Shown: positions 51,241 to 63,684, numbered from the whole stretch's first letter. The stretch: DNA of 63,962 nt, filler included, from Octopus bimaculoides (GCF_001194135.2; 10 parts of 8 records of this genome joined end to end with filler, not necessarily neighbours in it); one strand, 5' to 3'. Program-made: numbers and translations. Notes: generated by a model from the letters alone, not told the origin.

Positions 51241-51289
51241 GTCTTCTAGGAGGAGCCCAAACCTTGGTGAAGATCTGGCTGGAGGCCTT

Positions 51290-51660
51290 CTGGTAGCAGA
51301 GCAATTTTCACGATTGACTCGGTCGACAGGTGGACTCGTCCCACACGTGACAGCAGCCATTCAGCATAAGCCCACAGGTCCGAAATGGTTGGACACTGTA
51401 TGAGTGCGTGCAGAACGGTTTCGTCGCTGTGACCGCATCTCAGGCTAGTCGATCCGGTGTGTCTCAAACCGTGCCTGTAGAGCTTATCCCGAACAGGTAA
51501 TGCTTCTTGATAGCACTGCCAGGCCAGGGATCTTTGGTGATTGTCCATAGGTCCCAGCCTGAAAGTTGTCCTGAACAGGTGGGTCAGTTGTTCCTTGTCG
51601 ACACCCAGATTCTGCCCGAGAACGTCGTCGCACTGCCCCTCCACTAATCCTCTATAGAAT
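51290..51660 (-). mobile_element. L1/Tx1-like LINE fragment (zf-RVT region)
   Basis: LAWQCYQEALPVRDKLYRHG..RCGHSDETVLHALIQCPTISDLW. Confidence 0.85.
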
Positions 51661-51666
51661 GCCTTT

Positions 51667-52035
51667 AGATAGATAGATAGATAAAGATAGACAGACAGAT
51701 AGATAGATAAATAGATAAAGATAGATAGACAGAGAAAGTGATAGATAGATAGCTAGCTAGCTAGATAGATAGATAGATAGACAAGTAGACAGACAGGCAA
51801 ATAGACAGACAGACAGACAGACAGATAGATAGATAGATAGATAGATAAATAGACAGATAGAGAGACAGATAAATAGATAGACAGATAGATAGATAGATGG
51901 GTAGATAGATAGATGGGTAGATAGATGGGTAGATAGATAGACAGACAGACAGATGGATAGATAAATAAATATAGAAAGATAGGTAGATGGGTAGACAGAT
52001 AGACAGACAGACAGATAGATCAAGAGATAGATATA
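51667..52035. repeat. (GATA/GACA)n compound microsatellite
   Basis: Direct inspection. Confidence 0.95.
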
Positions 52036-52194
52036 GGCAGCCAATGATACTTGAAACCTGAAATTTTGCCCTAATAACACAAATTCTCTCACATGCTTCT
52101 CTTTCACACTGTAATGGAATCTATGGAGCTGTAACACAATGGTTACATACCATCCACCATAACTAGTACCGTAATAAGCATTAATTACACAGGG

Positions 52195-52658
52195 CAATTA
52201 GCTGGCAGAATCACTAGCACGCTGGGCGAAACGCTTAGCAGTATTTCCTCTGCCTTTATGTTCTGAGTTCAAATTCTCCCGAAGTCGACTTTGCCTTTCA
52301 TCCTTTCGAGGTCGATTAAATAAGTACCAGTTACGAACTGGAGTCGATGTAATCAACTTAACCCCTTTGTCTGTCCTTGTTTGTCCCCTCTATGTTTAGC
52401 CCCCTGTGGACAATAAAGAAATAAATATACTCTTTTACTTGTTTCAGTCATTTGACTGTGGCCATGCTGGAGCACCCCCTTTAGTTGAGCAAATCAACCC
52501 CAGAGCTTATTGTTCGTAAGCTTAGTATTTATTCTATTGGTCTCTTTTGCCGAACTGCTAAGTTACGGGGATATAAACATACCAGCATCAATTGTCAAGC
52601 GATGTTGGGAGGACAAACACAGACACACAAATATACACGCACACACACACACATACAT

Positions 52659-52701
<43 letters not shown>

Positions 52702-52902
52702 TACATACACATATACATATAGATATATGTATACATATACATACATAATGGGCTTCTTAGAAGTTTCCGTCTACCAAATCCATTCGCAAGGCTTTGGTTG
52801 GCCCGAAGCTATAGTAGAAGACACTTGCCCAAGATGCCACGCAGTGGGACTGAACCTGGGACCATGTGGTTGGTAAGCAAGCTACTTACCACACAGCCAC
52901 TC
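52195..52902. mobile_element. SINE A (+, about 52195-52422) tail-to-tail with full-length SINE B (-, about 52425-52902)
   Basis: Family motifs as above. Confidence 0.85.
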
Positions 52903-53659
52903 TAGGTGTCTTAAGAATCTATACATCTGTACAAAAGTACTTGCATGTTGACTATGTGTGTATGTGTGTGTGTGAGAGAGAAAGAGAGAGAGAGAGAGAA
53001 GGAGAGAGACAGAGGGAGAGAGAGAGATAAAATATAGGGTAGAAATGACATGAATACCTAAGTAATTATTTTGTTTATGTTCAAGATATGGGCATTAATG
53101 ACCTTTCGAGGATTTCATCATGGGTTCTCTCTCTCTCTCTCTCACATGCGTATAAATACTCCAATTCTCAGGCAGAAACACACGTATACATATACATAAA
53201 CTTAACACACACACACAGATATCAAATAACCATTGTTATCTTGTCATATATAAATGATGTAGCAGCATTGTGTGGTGTAAAGTTTATATGCCAAGGTGGG
53301 GAGACAAGAATCCTGGTGGCTTTATGAAAGTTCTTCATAAGAGAGAGGGCATATATTTTTTTTAAATGTTTCTGGCAGGAATAATACACAGGACTCAGTA
53401 GGGATTCTGTTGTGTATGATTTATATAACAAAGTAGTAGAAGTGACGGTGGTTGGGGGGAGTGGTAGAGGTAGTTGTGTGGTAACAGCAGAGGTGCTGGT
53501 TGCAAGTAGAAGATTTCGTAGCAACAATATCAGCATTTGTAGTATTAGTATTAATAGCAGCAGCTGTAGTGGTGCTGGTAATAGTAGTAGTGGTGGTAGT
53601 CTATTTAGCGCCACCAGTTGTTGTAACCCAGCCACAATAATAATAATAAATGTGCCCTT

Positions 53660-53895
53660 TTAAAGCCTAGCCAGGCTCATGGGCCCGGTTTCCTGGTTTC
53701 AATGGCGTATGTGTTCCCCAGCTGGACAGGACGCCAGTCCATCGCAGTGTTACTCGTTTTTGCCAGCTGAGTGGACTGGAGCAACGTGAAATGAAGTGTT
53801 TTACTCAAGAACTCAATGTGTCGCCCAGTCCAGGAATTGAAACCACGCTGTTACGATCATGGTGCTGATACCCTAACCACTAAGACACGCGCCTG
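53660..53895 (-). mobile_element. SINE family D, near full length
   Basis: Minus strand AGGCGCGTGTCTTAGTGGTTAGGG..GGTTTCAATTCC..GATGGACTGGCGTCC..GGGCCCATGAGCCTGGCTAGGCTTTAAA. Confidence 0.85.
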
Positions 53896-53983
53896 CACCC
53901 AGCCGCAAACCAGACCAAAATATTTGATGTCATTTTTAGCTTCATTCTTTCTCCATTTTGTCCGTAATATTATTGCCCTGTTA

Positions 53984-54375
53984 AGGCAGGGGGAGCTGGC
54001 AGAAACGTTAGCATGCCGGGCAAAATGCTTAGCGGTATTTCGTCTGCTGCTACATTCTGAGTTCAAATTCTGCCAAGGTTGACTTTGCCTTTCATTCTTT
54101 CGGGGTCGATAAATTAAGTACCAGTTATGCACCAGTGTAATCGACTTAATCCCTTTGTCTATCCTTGTTTGGCCCCTTGTGGGCAGTAAAGAAATAAGAA
54201 ACGTTATCGGTATTTCGCCTGTCTTTACGTTCTGAGTTCAAATTCCGCCAAGGTCAACTTTGCTTTCATGTTTTCGGGGTCGATAAGTTAAGTACCAGTT
54301 GCATACTGGGGTCGATCGAATCGACTGGGCCCCTCCCCCAAAATTTCAGGCCTTCTGCTTAGAGTAGAAAAGAAT
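53984..54375 (+). mobile_element. Dimeric SINE family A
   Basis: Two monomers joined at AAAGAAATAAGAAACGTT. Confidence 0.85.
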
Positions 54376-55114
54376 ATTATTACCCTGTTATCTCTGGACC
54401 TGATGCCAAAACATACCAGTCATTTACTGGCATATTACTTGTGCTGGTGCCATGTAAAAGGCACTGGAGAAAAGTACCCAGTACACCCCGTAAAATAGTT
54501 GGTATTAGGAAGGGCCTCTAGCTGTAGAAACTATGCCATAACAGAAGATGGGGGCCTCGTGCAACTCTCTGGCTTGCTAGCTTTTGTAAAACCATTCAGC
54601 CCACGACAACATAGAGAACAGACATTAAATGAAGATGGTAATGATGATGATGGTTAGCCAGTTGAATGTGGATGCAGCACGACTGAATGGTTAAGTAGTT
54701 CACTTAACAATCATATGATCTCAGGTTCAATCTCACATGATAGAGTCTCATTAGAATATCAAATAGCACATTAGGCTGTATTTGTTCTGCTCCGTGGCCA
54801 GAGTTCAAATCCCACTGAGGTCAACTCTTCCTGTTCAGCCTTTGCAGGGCAGATAAAAACAAATTATTGCCCTTTTGGCAATGGATTGGTGGAATTGTAA
54901 GAATATCAGTCAGACAGGTTCCCTTTTGGTATAAGTTCCAGCTCTTTCCATTCTGAGTTCAGACCCTGCTGTGACCTATTTGGGTGCCTTCAGTGGATTC
55001 CACTTTCTGTTACAAGCATTCAGGTTGGGTTTCTAATTTGAGGGCCACTTCCTACCACTTTTCAGCTAACCTTGGAGGCCCTGGAAAAGCATGTCTGGCC
55101 AAGGGGAAATATTA

Positions 55115-55332
55115 TTGGGTCAGTGCATAATTATTGTGGCTTTTTTTCAACAAATTTTATTTAACAAAAACGTCTTTAAATGACCGTCTGCCAAGCAAAT
55201 GGGAAGCAGTAATTGAAGATGGTGAATATGCTCCAGAATAATCATTTAAAGATGTTTTTGTTACATGTTGTTATTGTTTTTGTTGAATAAAATTTGTTGA
55301 AAAAAATTCACAATAATTATACACCAACCCAA
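55115..55332. mobile_element. Mariner-derived MITE
   Basis: TA-TTGGGTCAGTGCATAATTATTGTG..; ..CACAATAATTATACACCAACCCAA-TA. TIRs of about 55 bp, with mariner C-terminal-like sequence (RWEAVIEDGEY) inside. Confidence 0.8.
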
Positions 55333-55405
55333 TATATACATACATCATCATCATCATCATTTAACGTCCGCTTTCCATGCTAGCATGGAAAGCGGACTAC
55401 ATACA

Positions 55406-55440
<35 letters not shown>

Positions 55441-55744
55441 GTATATATATATANNNNNNNNNNNNNNNNNNNNNNNNNNNNNNNNNNNNNNNNNNNNTTA
55501 ATTAATTAANNNNNNNNNNNNNNNNNNNNNNNNNNNNNNNNNNNNNNNNNNNNGTATAAGTAGTAATTGCTTTATTTTCCCTGGATCAATACCAGCATCC
55601 AGCTGATATATTACTAAAAGCTATCCGTGACTACCGTGTCATTTAAAGGTTGTGTAAGACTTTTAAATCAAGAACGGGACACATAGTACACAGTTTAAGG
55701 GTGATTTAACTTCCATTTCTAGCAGTCCGTGCGCCAATGTAGAG

Positions 55745-55976
55745 CAGAGGGCTCTCAAACATCTTTTACCTATAGACCCCATTTTTCACACATTAACTTG
55801 TGTAGGTTGAACTATGTAAAACATTAGAGAAAGAAACCTAGCTGTTTCTTGCAATACCAATACATGGGTCTTTAAAATACTATTGGGGATTCCAATTTAC
55901 TATTTTGTTGCATGCCCCACCCGCAAAATCTTATATGGGTCCTCAGGGGCCATATGGACCCAGTTGAGAACCACTG
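55745..55976. mobile_element. hAT-type MITE
   Basis: CAGAGGGCTCTCAAAC / GTTGAGAACCACTG termini and an 8-bp TSD ATGTAGAG / ATGTAAAG. Confidence 0.75.
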
Positions 55977-56359
55977 ATGTAAAGGGTCTTCATTGCGTCG
56001 TAGTTAATATTACTTTTAACCCAGGTCGGCTTCAAACTGAGAAGCCTACGGTGAAAGACGTTCAAGTCGTGACTGTCAGTCCTCTTTCTTTCTTTTTTTT
56101 TTTCTTTCTCAAACGCATTTTATTTAGAGCTATATTATCGAACTTGTGTGGCCTTTCATAAGTCACTTAAGAGAGATTTGGTTGTCGTTTCTAGGTGGTC
56201 GAACGACCTATTAGAGGCACCTTTATAGACTTGATCTAGGTTTGTTTTCACTGGTTGCAACCGGCCAGTAGTTATTTTTTAATTTTTTAATTTTATTTTA
56301 AAGTATCATCTATAAATCAGTGCAGTTTTTCAACATTCCTGTAGGAATAATAATCCTTT

Positions 56360-56761
56360 GAAATTTGGTGGGAGGGGGCCGGCCAATCGATTAGATCGAC
56401 CTCCAAAGGGTAAAAACAAAGTCAACCTCAGCGGAATTTGAACTCAGAACGTAAAGACAGACAAAATATCGCTAAGCATTTCGCCGGGTGGGCTAACGAT
56501 TCTGCCAGCTCGCCGCCTTCCTGTTGGAATAATAATAACATAGATGGTGTATCAGATTTTTAAAATATCCAGCTTATACGTACATTTGATTCTACTGTAG
56601 GCGCAGGCACGGCTGTGTGGCAAGAAGTTTGCTTCTTAACCACATGGGTCCGGGTTCAGTCCGACTGTGCGACACCTTGGGCAAATGTCTTCTGCTATAG
56701 TCTCAGGCCGACCAAAGCACTGTGAATGGATTTGGTAGACGGAAACTGAAAGAAGCTCGTC

Positions 56762-56803
<42 letters not shown>

Positions 56804-56840
56804 GCACACATACTATACATATATGTATGTATGTATGTAC

Positions 56841-56880
<40 letters not shown>
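56360..56880. mobile_element. SINE A (-, about 56360-56520) and SINE B 5' half (+, about 56598-56880)
   Basis: Family motifs as above. Confidence 0.8.
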
Positions 56881-57828
56881 NNNNNNNNNNNNNNNNNNNN
56901 NNNNNNNNNNNNNNNNNNNNNNNNTTAATTAATTAANNNNNNNNNNNNNNNNNNNNNNNNNNNNNNNNNNNNNNNNNNNNGAGAATTGTATTTTTGAATC
57001 ATTTTGGAATTTTTTTTTTTTCTAGTTAATTTTAGTTAACTTTTGTTTTTTAATTTCAGATCATTAAAATGGAATGTTAAGTTAAGAAAAACGAGCATTT
57101 TCAACACCTCCTTCTTTTTGCTTTTAATCAAAGTTCTAAGACTGCAAAAGCTGCTCGCAACATTTATGAGCATGCCTGTATGCTAGTATGTTATCCTTTA
57201 TGATTTAGGCACAAGGCCTGGAATTTGGGGGAAAGGGGCTAGTTTGTTGACCTGACCATTCAACTGCTACTTGTTTTATCATAAGGATGAACGACAAAGT
57301 CGACCTCTGTGGAATTTTAACTCAGAATGTTAAAGATGAATGAAATGCCGCAAAGCACTTAGCTAACAGTTCTGCAAGCTCACCTGCCTATGCTAGTATG
57401 TAATAACACAGAACAACCAGCTGTCACTAACGAGTAAGCATGGGTTGGTAACATGTACAATGCTTTTGTTGATTTTTTTCAGGTGCCTGTGAGATCACAA
57501 GTGGACACAGACTCTCATTACATCCAAACATGGCTGTGTGGTTAAGAAGCTTGTTTTATAGCTAAGTGGCTACAGGTTCAGCTCCACTGCATGGCGCTTT
57601 GGTCAGGTGTCTTTTAGTATTGACTCAGGTTCCCCAATGCCTAGTGGTATTCAGTCTCAGCTGAATAGACAGGTGCAACTCAAAGTGATATGGTTTGTTC
57701 AAGAACACAATGTTCAGCTCAAGAATTGAATCTACACCTTTGCAATCAAAAGCCAAACACCTTCACTATTTGGCTACAAGCCTTCAGTTTGTAGTGTGTG
57801 TGTATGTGTGTGTGTGTGCGTGTGTGTG

Positions 57829-57860
<32 letters not shown>

Positions 57861-57974
57861 CATAGCCCATATGTGTATGTATGTGTGTTACTGAAAATAT
57901 AGTTTGTAACAATTTCTACTTATTGATTGATGTGTGCATCTGTTTTAACACATAATATATGAATTTCAAGATAT

Positions 57975-58199
57975 GTGTTCTACTCTTTACTCTTTTACTT
58001 GTTTCAGTCATTTGACTGCGGCCATACTGGAGCACCACCTTTTTAGTCGAGCAAATCGACCCCAGAATTTATTCTTTGGAAGCCTAGTACTTATTCTATC
58101 GGTCTGTTTTGCCGAACCACTAAGTTACGGGGACGTAAACACACCAGCATCAGTTGTCAAGCGATGTTGGGAGGGACAAACACAGACACACAAACATAT

Positions 58200-58230
<31 letters not shown>
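57975..58230 (-). mobile_element. SINE family B 3' half
   Basis: CTCTTTTACTTGTTTCAGTCATTTGACTGCGGCC.. on the plus strand. Confidence 0.85.
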
Positions 58231-59486
58231 NNNNNNNNNNNNNNNNNNNNNNNNNNNNNNNNNNNNNNNNNNNNTTAATTAATTAANNNNNNNNNNNNNN
58301 NNNNNNNNNNNNNNNNNNNNNNNNNNNNNNTCCCTCGCTATGGTTATTTTCCAGGAGGTTCTGGCCACACGTCTTACGGTTCATCAACCCGCGTTGTTGA
58401 ATTACTTTCTTCTGACATACCTTCCCTTGGTGGATTAGGATCCAGTTAGCTCAAGACATCATCAGGAGGAACCACGTCCGGTTTCGGCCCCTACTCCTCT
58501 ACCGTTTGACGTGGCCCCCCCCCTTTCGGAGGTGTCTTCAGCTCTGGTGTTGGGTGCATGTCTTCTTTCTTCTATTCCCTGGCCTCTTCGATGCAGCATC
58601 AACGAGTGTCAGCGTCCGACTGATTGTCATGTCAAATTCCCCTTTTTATACCTGCTGCTAGGCTCCAGTAAATGAGTAAATGAGTGGAAATCGAACCAGT
58701 GAGTGTGTTAAGTAATAAAGCACTGAAAGAGAATGATTCACCCCAGACACAGTAAAATACGTTTCAACACACGAATTCACATAAAGAATCTTGCAAACCA
58801 AATACAAAAACAATATAATAAATAATTATTATAGTGAAATTTATAATAGTCTTTAGTATAAACGTGGTGAGGATTAATGTTATTTTTCTGAATAAATTTT
58901 CGTGTAAACAGTAAATAATGGGGTTTCGTTACAAATATATTTAGTTAATCTCTATTATGTTAATGTGTTTTGCGGTTTTTCTATTTCTTTCGAACGTATA
59001 GATAATTACACATGATATATTCACATGGGTTTATTTCCATTTAAAAAAAAGTAACTTTTGATTGAATTCTCCACGTACACATTAATACGGATAATAAATA
59101 ATGACTATAGTATAATTTATAAAATTAATTAAAATTAATTATGATATTATTTACTGTTGGCGTGGTTGGGATTAAGAATATTTTTCTGAGAAAAAATGTT
59201 TTTTTGTGCGTATGGTGTAATTTTATTAATAGTATTAAACTGGAAGTCAATATTTACTGTTTTATAATTGATTAATAACGAATTGTTTCTGTTTTAAAAC
59301 ACTAACACGCAGAATTATAGTTAAATTAATATTCTTAAATATAAACGCACATGTTTTATAACCGTTATATTAGTTTTTATTTTATTTAATTTTTAAAAAT
59401 TTAATTATTGACGCTCCCACTTACAAACATACACATATATTAATTCAGTCTGTTTTACGATTTCAAACTTCTCATATGTGATTTTT

Positions 59487-59566
59487 ACCCTGATGAGATT
59501 CTTACTCAAATATTTTCATAATATAAATTTTTGGCTTTTGGCTTTGAATCGAAACAATTGTAAGGA
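59487..59566 (+). ncRNA. Type-I hammerhead motif with long loop II (weak stem I)
   Basis: CTGATGA-GATTC-[44 nt]-GAATC-GAAAC-AATT-GTA|AGG, with palindromic ACAATTGT stem-loop III. Confidence 0.55.
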
Positions 59567-59591
59567 ATATATTTATTTTTTATATAATAAC

Positions 59592-59648
<57 letters not shown>

Positions 59649-59757
59649 ATGTTAATAAATTAACACATGTCAATTTAAACTCTTCATTTTTCTTTTATTA
59701 TTGTGTATATATATCCTTTTCTATTGGAGAATAATTTTTTACTATATCGGACATTAA

Positions 59758-59959
59758 CTCTTAGAACCCGAAATGCCGGTTCACCGGCACTACGCCAAGG
59801 CTGTATATCCCCGAAATGCCGGTCTACCGCACTCCACCTGTCTTCATTTTTCACCATTTTGTACCCTTGTGTTGTGAAACAAGCATGCTTTCAGCACATA
59901 TTCTAAAATTTTCAGTGAAACTCGTTGGGAGTTAGGGTGGGCGGTTTGGGTTCAAAGGG
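59758..59959. mobile_element. piggyBac-type MITE
   Basis: TTAA-CTCTTAGAACCCG..; ..TGGGTTCAAAGGG-TTAA. Confidence 0.75.
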
Positions 59960-60174
59960 TTAAATAGTTAACCAGTGAAAAATGGATGCTTTACATCCTT
60001 ATAAGAGGAGCTTGTTTCCTTACACTGGACCTTTATATANNNNNNNNNNCCCCTGTTCGAAGGTTATAATGGACACAGGTTCGTGTGTCACATAGCTAGG
60101 CGATGACCTCTTGGAGCTAATCAACGGCAGCATTCGTCCTATTTTTTGGACTGCCATGTTGGCTTGGCGATAAC

Positions 60175-60743
60175 TCTTTTACTCTTTTACTTGTTTCAGT
60201 CATTTGACTGCGGCCATGCTGGAGCACCACCTTTAGTCGAGCAAATCAACCCCGGGACTTATTCTTTGTAAGCATAGNNNNNNNNNNCCATGCTGGAGCA
60301 CCACCTTTAGTCGAGCAAATCAACCCCGGGACTTATTCTTTGTAAGCATAGTACTTATTCTATCGGACTCTTTTGCCGAACCGCTAGCTGACGGGGAGAG
60401 AAACACACCAGCATCGGTTGTCAAGCAATGCTAGGGGGACAAACACAGACACAAAAATACGCTCACACACACACACATATATATATATACATATATACGA
60501 CGGGCTTCTTTCAGTTTCCGTCTACCAAATCCACTCACAAGGCTTTGATCGGCCCGAGGCTATAGTAGAAGACACTTGCCTAAGATTCCACGCAGTGGGA
60601 CTGAACCCAGAACCATGTGGTTGGTAAGCAAGCTACTTACCACACAGTCATATAACCTCGGGCCGATCAAATCCCTGTGAGTAGATTTCGTATATGGAAA
60701 CTGAAAGAAGCCCATCGTATGTGTATACATACATATATGTGTG

Positions 60744-60786
<43 letters not shown>

Positions 60787-60837
60787 TGTGTGTCTGTGTG
60801 TGTGTTTGTGTCTGCGTTTGTTCCTCATCACCGCTTG
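60175..60837. mobile_element. SINE B (-, about 60175-60650) head-to-head with a truncated SINE B (+, about 60652-60837)
   Basis: Family motifs in opposite orientations. Confidence 0.85.
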
Positions 60838-60954
60838 NNNNNNNNNNNNNNNNNNNNNNNNNNNNNNNNNNNNNNNNNNNNTTAATTAATTAANNNNNNN
60901 NNNNNNNNNNNNNNNNNNNNNNNNNNNNNNNNNNNNNTATATATGTATAAATAC

Positions 60955-60984
<30 letters not shown>

Positions 60985-60986
<2 letters not shown>

Positions 60987-61289
60987 GACTTAGTGGTTAG
61001 GGTGTTGCATTCACAATTGTGAGATCGTGGGTTCAATTTCCACACCAGGCTTTGCGTTTTGTTCTTGAGCAAAGCATTTCATTTCACGTTGCTCTGCTAT
61101 CATTTCGACATCTGATACGTGGCACCCGTTACCCCCTGACATGTGGCACCGGTTACAGGTAATGTCGATCTGATAGAGGAAGTAAGCTTATGTCTACATA
61201 AACATTTGTTCAATATAAACAAATCATCAGTGTGGTTGTTCGGTAAGAAATTGTCGAACTTTCATACGCCGTCTAACGTAGGAAGAGTC

Positions 61290-61290
<1 letters not shown>
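60985..61290 (+). mobile_element. SINE with family D-like head and a different tail, followed by (ATT)n
   Basis: GACTTAGTGGTTAGGGTG..GGGTTCAATTTCC..TTTCATTTCACGTTGCTC, then a tail unlike the other D copies. Confidence 0.65.
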
Positions 61291-61341
<51 letters not shown>

Positions 61342-61343
61342 AA

Positions 61344-61413
<70 letters not shown>

Positions 61414-61815
61414 GCCTTTGCACAGCTTCTAACGCCGGAGATGTACTACAGTGTCAGCTGTTCACTACCAGTGAACTAAGATAACACCTTTCATTTTTCG
61501 AGCACCTTCCGGAGTATTTGAGCTGTTCCAAGCAGTGTTGTTTTCTGCAAGTGCTCCACCCTTATTGCAGCCCCTATTTGTTCCACGTACTTCTCGAGAT
61601 TTTTACTCACTGTTCCCAGGGCTCCAACAATTATTGGTACTACTACCACCTTTTTCATCGACCACAATTGCTAACCTGTCATATCTATCAACTTTTCTTT
61701 CTTCCTTATCGCATACCTTGTTGTCAGCTGGGCATGTTATATCTATGATCCAGCATAGTTTGCTTTCTCTTTCAATTAAGACTGCCTGGCTTCCTATTCT
61801 CTATCTCATGGTCAC

Positions 61816-61968
<153 letters not shown>

Positions 61969-61989
61969 AGTGAAGACGCAACAGCCCGG

Positions 61990-62305
61990 TTGTTAGGGCT
62001 ATTCCCAGACCGTGCGTTGTGAGTGTTTATTGATAGAAAACACCTAAAGTTCCACGTGGATCCGGCAAAGATTGGTGGCGAACCCTGCTGTATTCTTTCA
62101 CAACTTTCTCTCACTCTTTCTTCCTGCTTCTATTGTACCTGTATTTCAAAGGGACAACCTTGTCACACTTTGTGTCACGCTGAATCTCCCCGAGAACTAC
62201 GTTAAGGGTACAAGTGTCTGTGGGATGCTCAGCCACTTGCACATTAATTTCCCGTGCAGGCTGTTGACTGGAACACCCGTCGTCGTAACCGACGGAGTCG
62301 CACGA
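61990..62305 (+). mobile_element. SINE family C (5'-truncated)
   Basis: Body matches 4890-5190. Confidence 0.85.
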
Positions 62306-62399
62306 TTATTATTATATCTATATATAAATGTGTACATGCATGTATATACACGATGGACCTCACAAAGCACAGGTCGATCAGGGGCTGCAGTAGAAGAAA

Positions 62400-62831
62400 C
62401 TTGGTGTGAAGGAAAGAAAGTTGTGAATCTGGTCGAGTTAACGGTTCCTAATGAAGATAACATAGATGCTGCTCGGGCTCGAAAGATTGACCGTTATGTA
62501 AACCGCCTCGAGGCATGTGAAGACGCAGGCTTCAAAGTGGAGCATTTTCCAATCGAAGTCGGATGTAGAGGGTTCACTGGACACAGTGTGACACGACTGT
62601 TGTTATCGTTGGCCCCCAAGTCATCGTAAAGTAAATACCACCATGACCGATATCCAAACTACAATGGAAAAGGCTAGCCACTAGATTTGGTTAAAAAGAG
62701 ACGATGATCGATGGGTAAAGAAATATTGAGCTATATTTAATAACCAGTTAATCTAGCAAGCGGGGCTTCATATCAGTGAGGGGGGGGATCAACTGGAACC
62801 CTCGACGTCGTAAGCGACAGAGTGCCAACAA
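62400..62831 (+). mobile_element. HERO-like RLE non-LTR retrotransposon 3' end
   Basis: W..GKKVVNLVELTVPNEDNIDAARARKIDRY..C..AGF..PIEVGCRGF, then after a frameshift EKASH*IWLKR, stop at 62727-62729, short 3' UTR. Confidence 0.8.
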
Positions 62832-63035
62832 TGTATGTATGTATGTATGTATGTATGCATGTGTGCATGTGTGTGTGTGAGTGTGTGAGTGTGTATATAT
62901 GTGTGGATATATGTATGCTTGTGNNNNNNNNNNNNNNNNNNNNNNNNNNNNNNNNNNNNNNNNNNNNNNNNNNNNNNNNNNNNNNNNNNNNNNNNNNNNN
63001 NNNNNNNNNNNNNNNNNNNNNNNCACACACACACG

Positions 63036-63067
<32 letters not shown>

Positions 63068-63516
63068 CAAACAAACGCACACACATACACACACAAATGC
63101 GCACACACATCTATTCACACTCATTTGTTTGTTTCATTATCACATGTTAAAATTCTGTCTCAAAAGATGGTCTTCTCAAAGCCAATAATTCAAATCTATT
63201 TCTTTTATTTTTTAGAGAGAGAATTATACGAAGAAAGGAGAGGGCAAGAAAGGAAGAGAAGAAGAAAAGAAGGAAGAGACAAGAAAAAGTGAAATATGGT
63301 AAAGATATGTAAAGAAGAGGAAAGAAGAGAAAAAGGGGAAGGTATGCTATCCAGATCTACATTGAAACATTCAAGTTGATTTTGTATTGTGTTGTGTTAG
63401 CAAAGCAGATAGAATTCGGATCATGACGGATGCTGGAATATTGGTCTTACCCGAACTTCGAAGTTCATATATTCTTCATTATTTACATTATTTACATTTG
63501 ACAGATATTTCCCCAA

Positions 63517-63562
63517 GACACCTGAAGAAGGCTGGAGGGTATATCAGCCGAAACGTTGTGTT
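63517..63562 (+). ncRNA. Minimal type-I hammerhead ribozyme (Penelope terminal-repeat type)
   Basis: GACAC-CTGAAGA-A-GGCTG-GAGGGTATAT-CAGCC-GAAA-CG-TT|GTGTT: 5-bp stem I, 5-bp stem II, palindromic AACGTT stem III. Confidence 0.8.
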
Positions 63563-63684
63563 AACAACAAACAAGATGAGGACAATTATCCGTCGAATGT
63601 AAATAATGTAAATGAAGGGATATATAAAATATCCCGGAAACAGCTGTAAGACCTCTTTATAAATGTTCTGAAAACTATTCACAG

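Noticed and set aside
60226-60351. Direct duplication of about 60 bp across a 10-N gap
   Set aside because: Identical sequence either side of a tiny gap is most simply an unmerged contig overlap.
22210-60893. Nine identical TTAATTAATTAA 12-mers that could suggest a repeat array or piggyBac targets
   Set aside because: Always centred between N-runs of similar length; an assembly linker.
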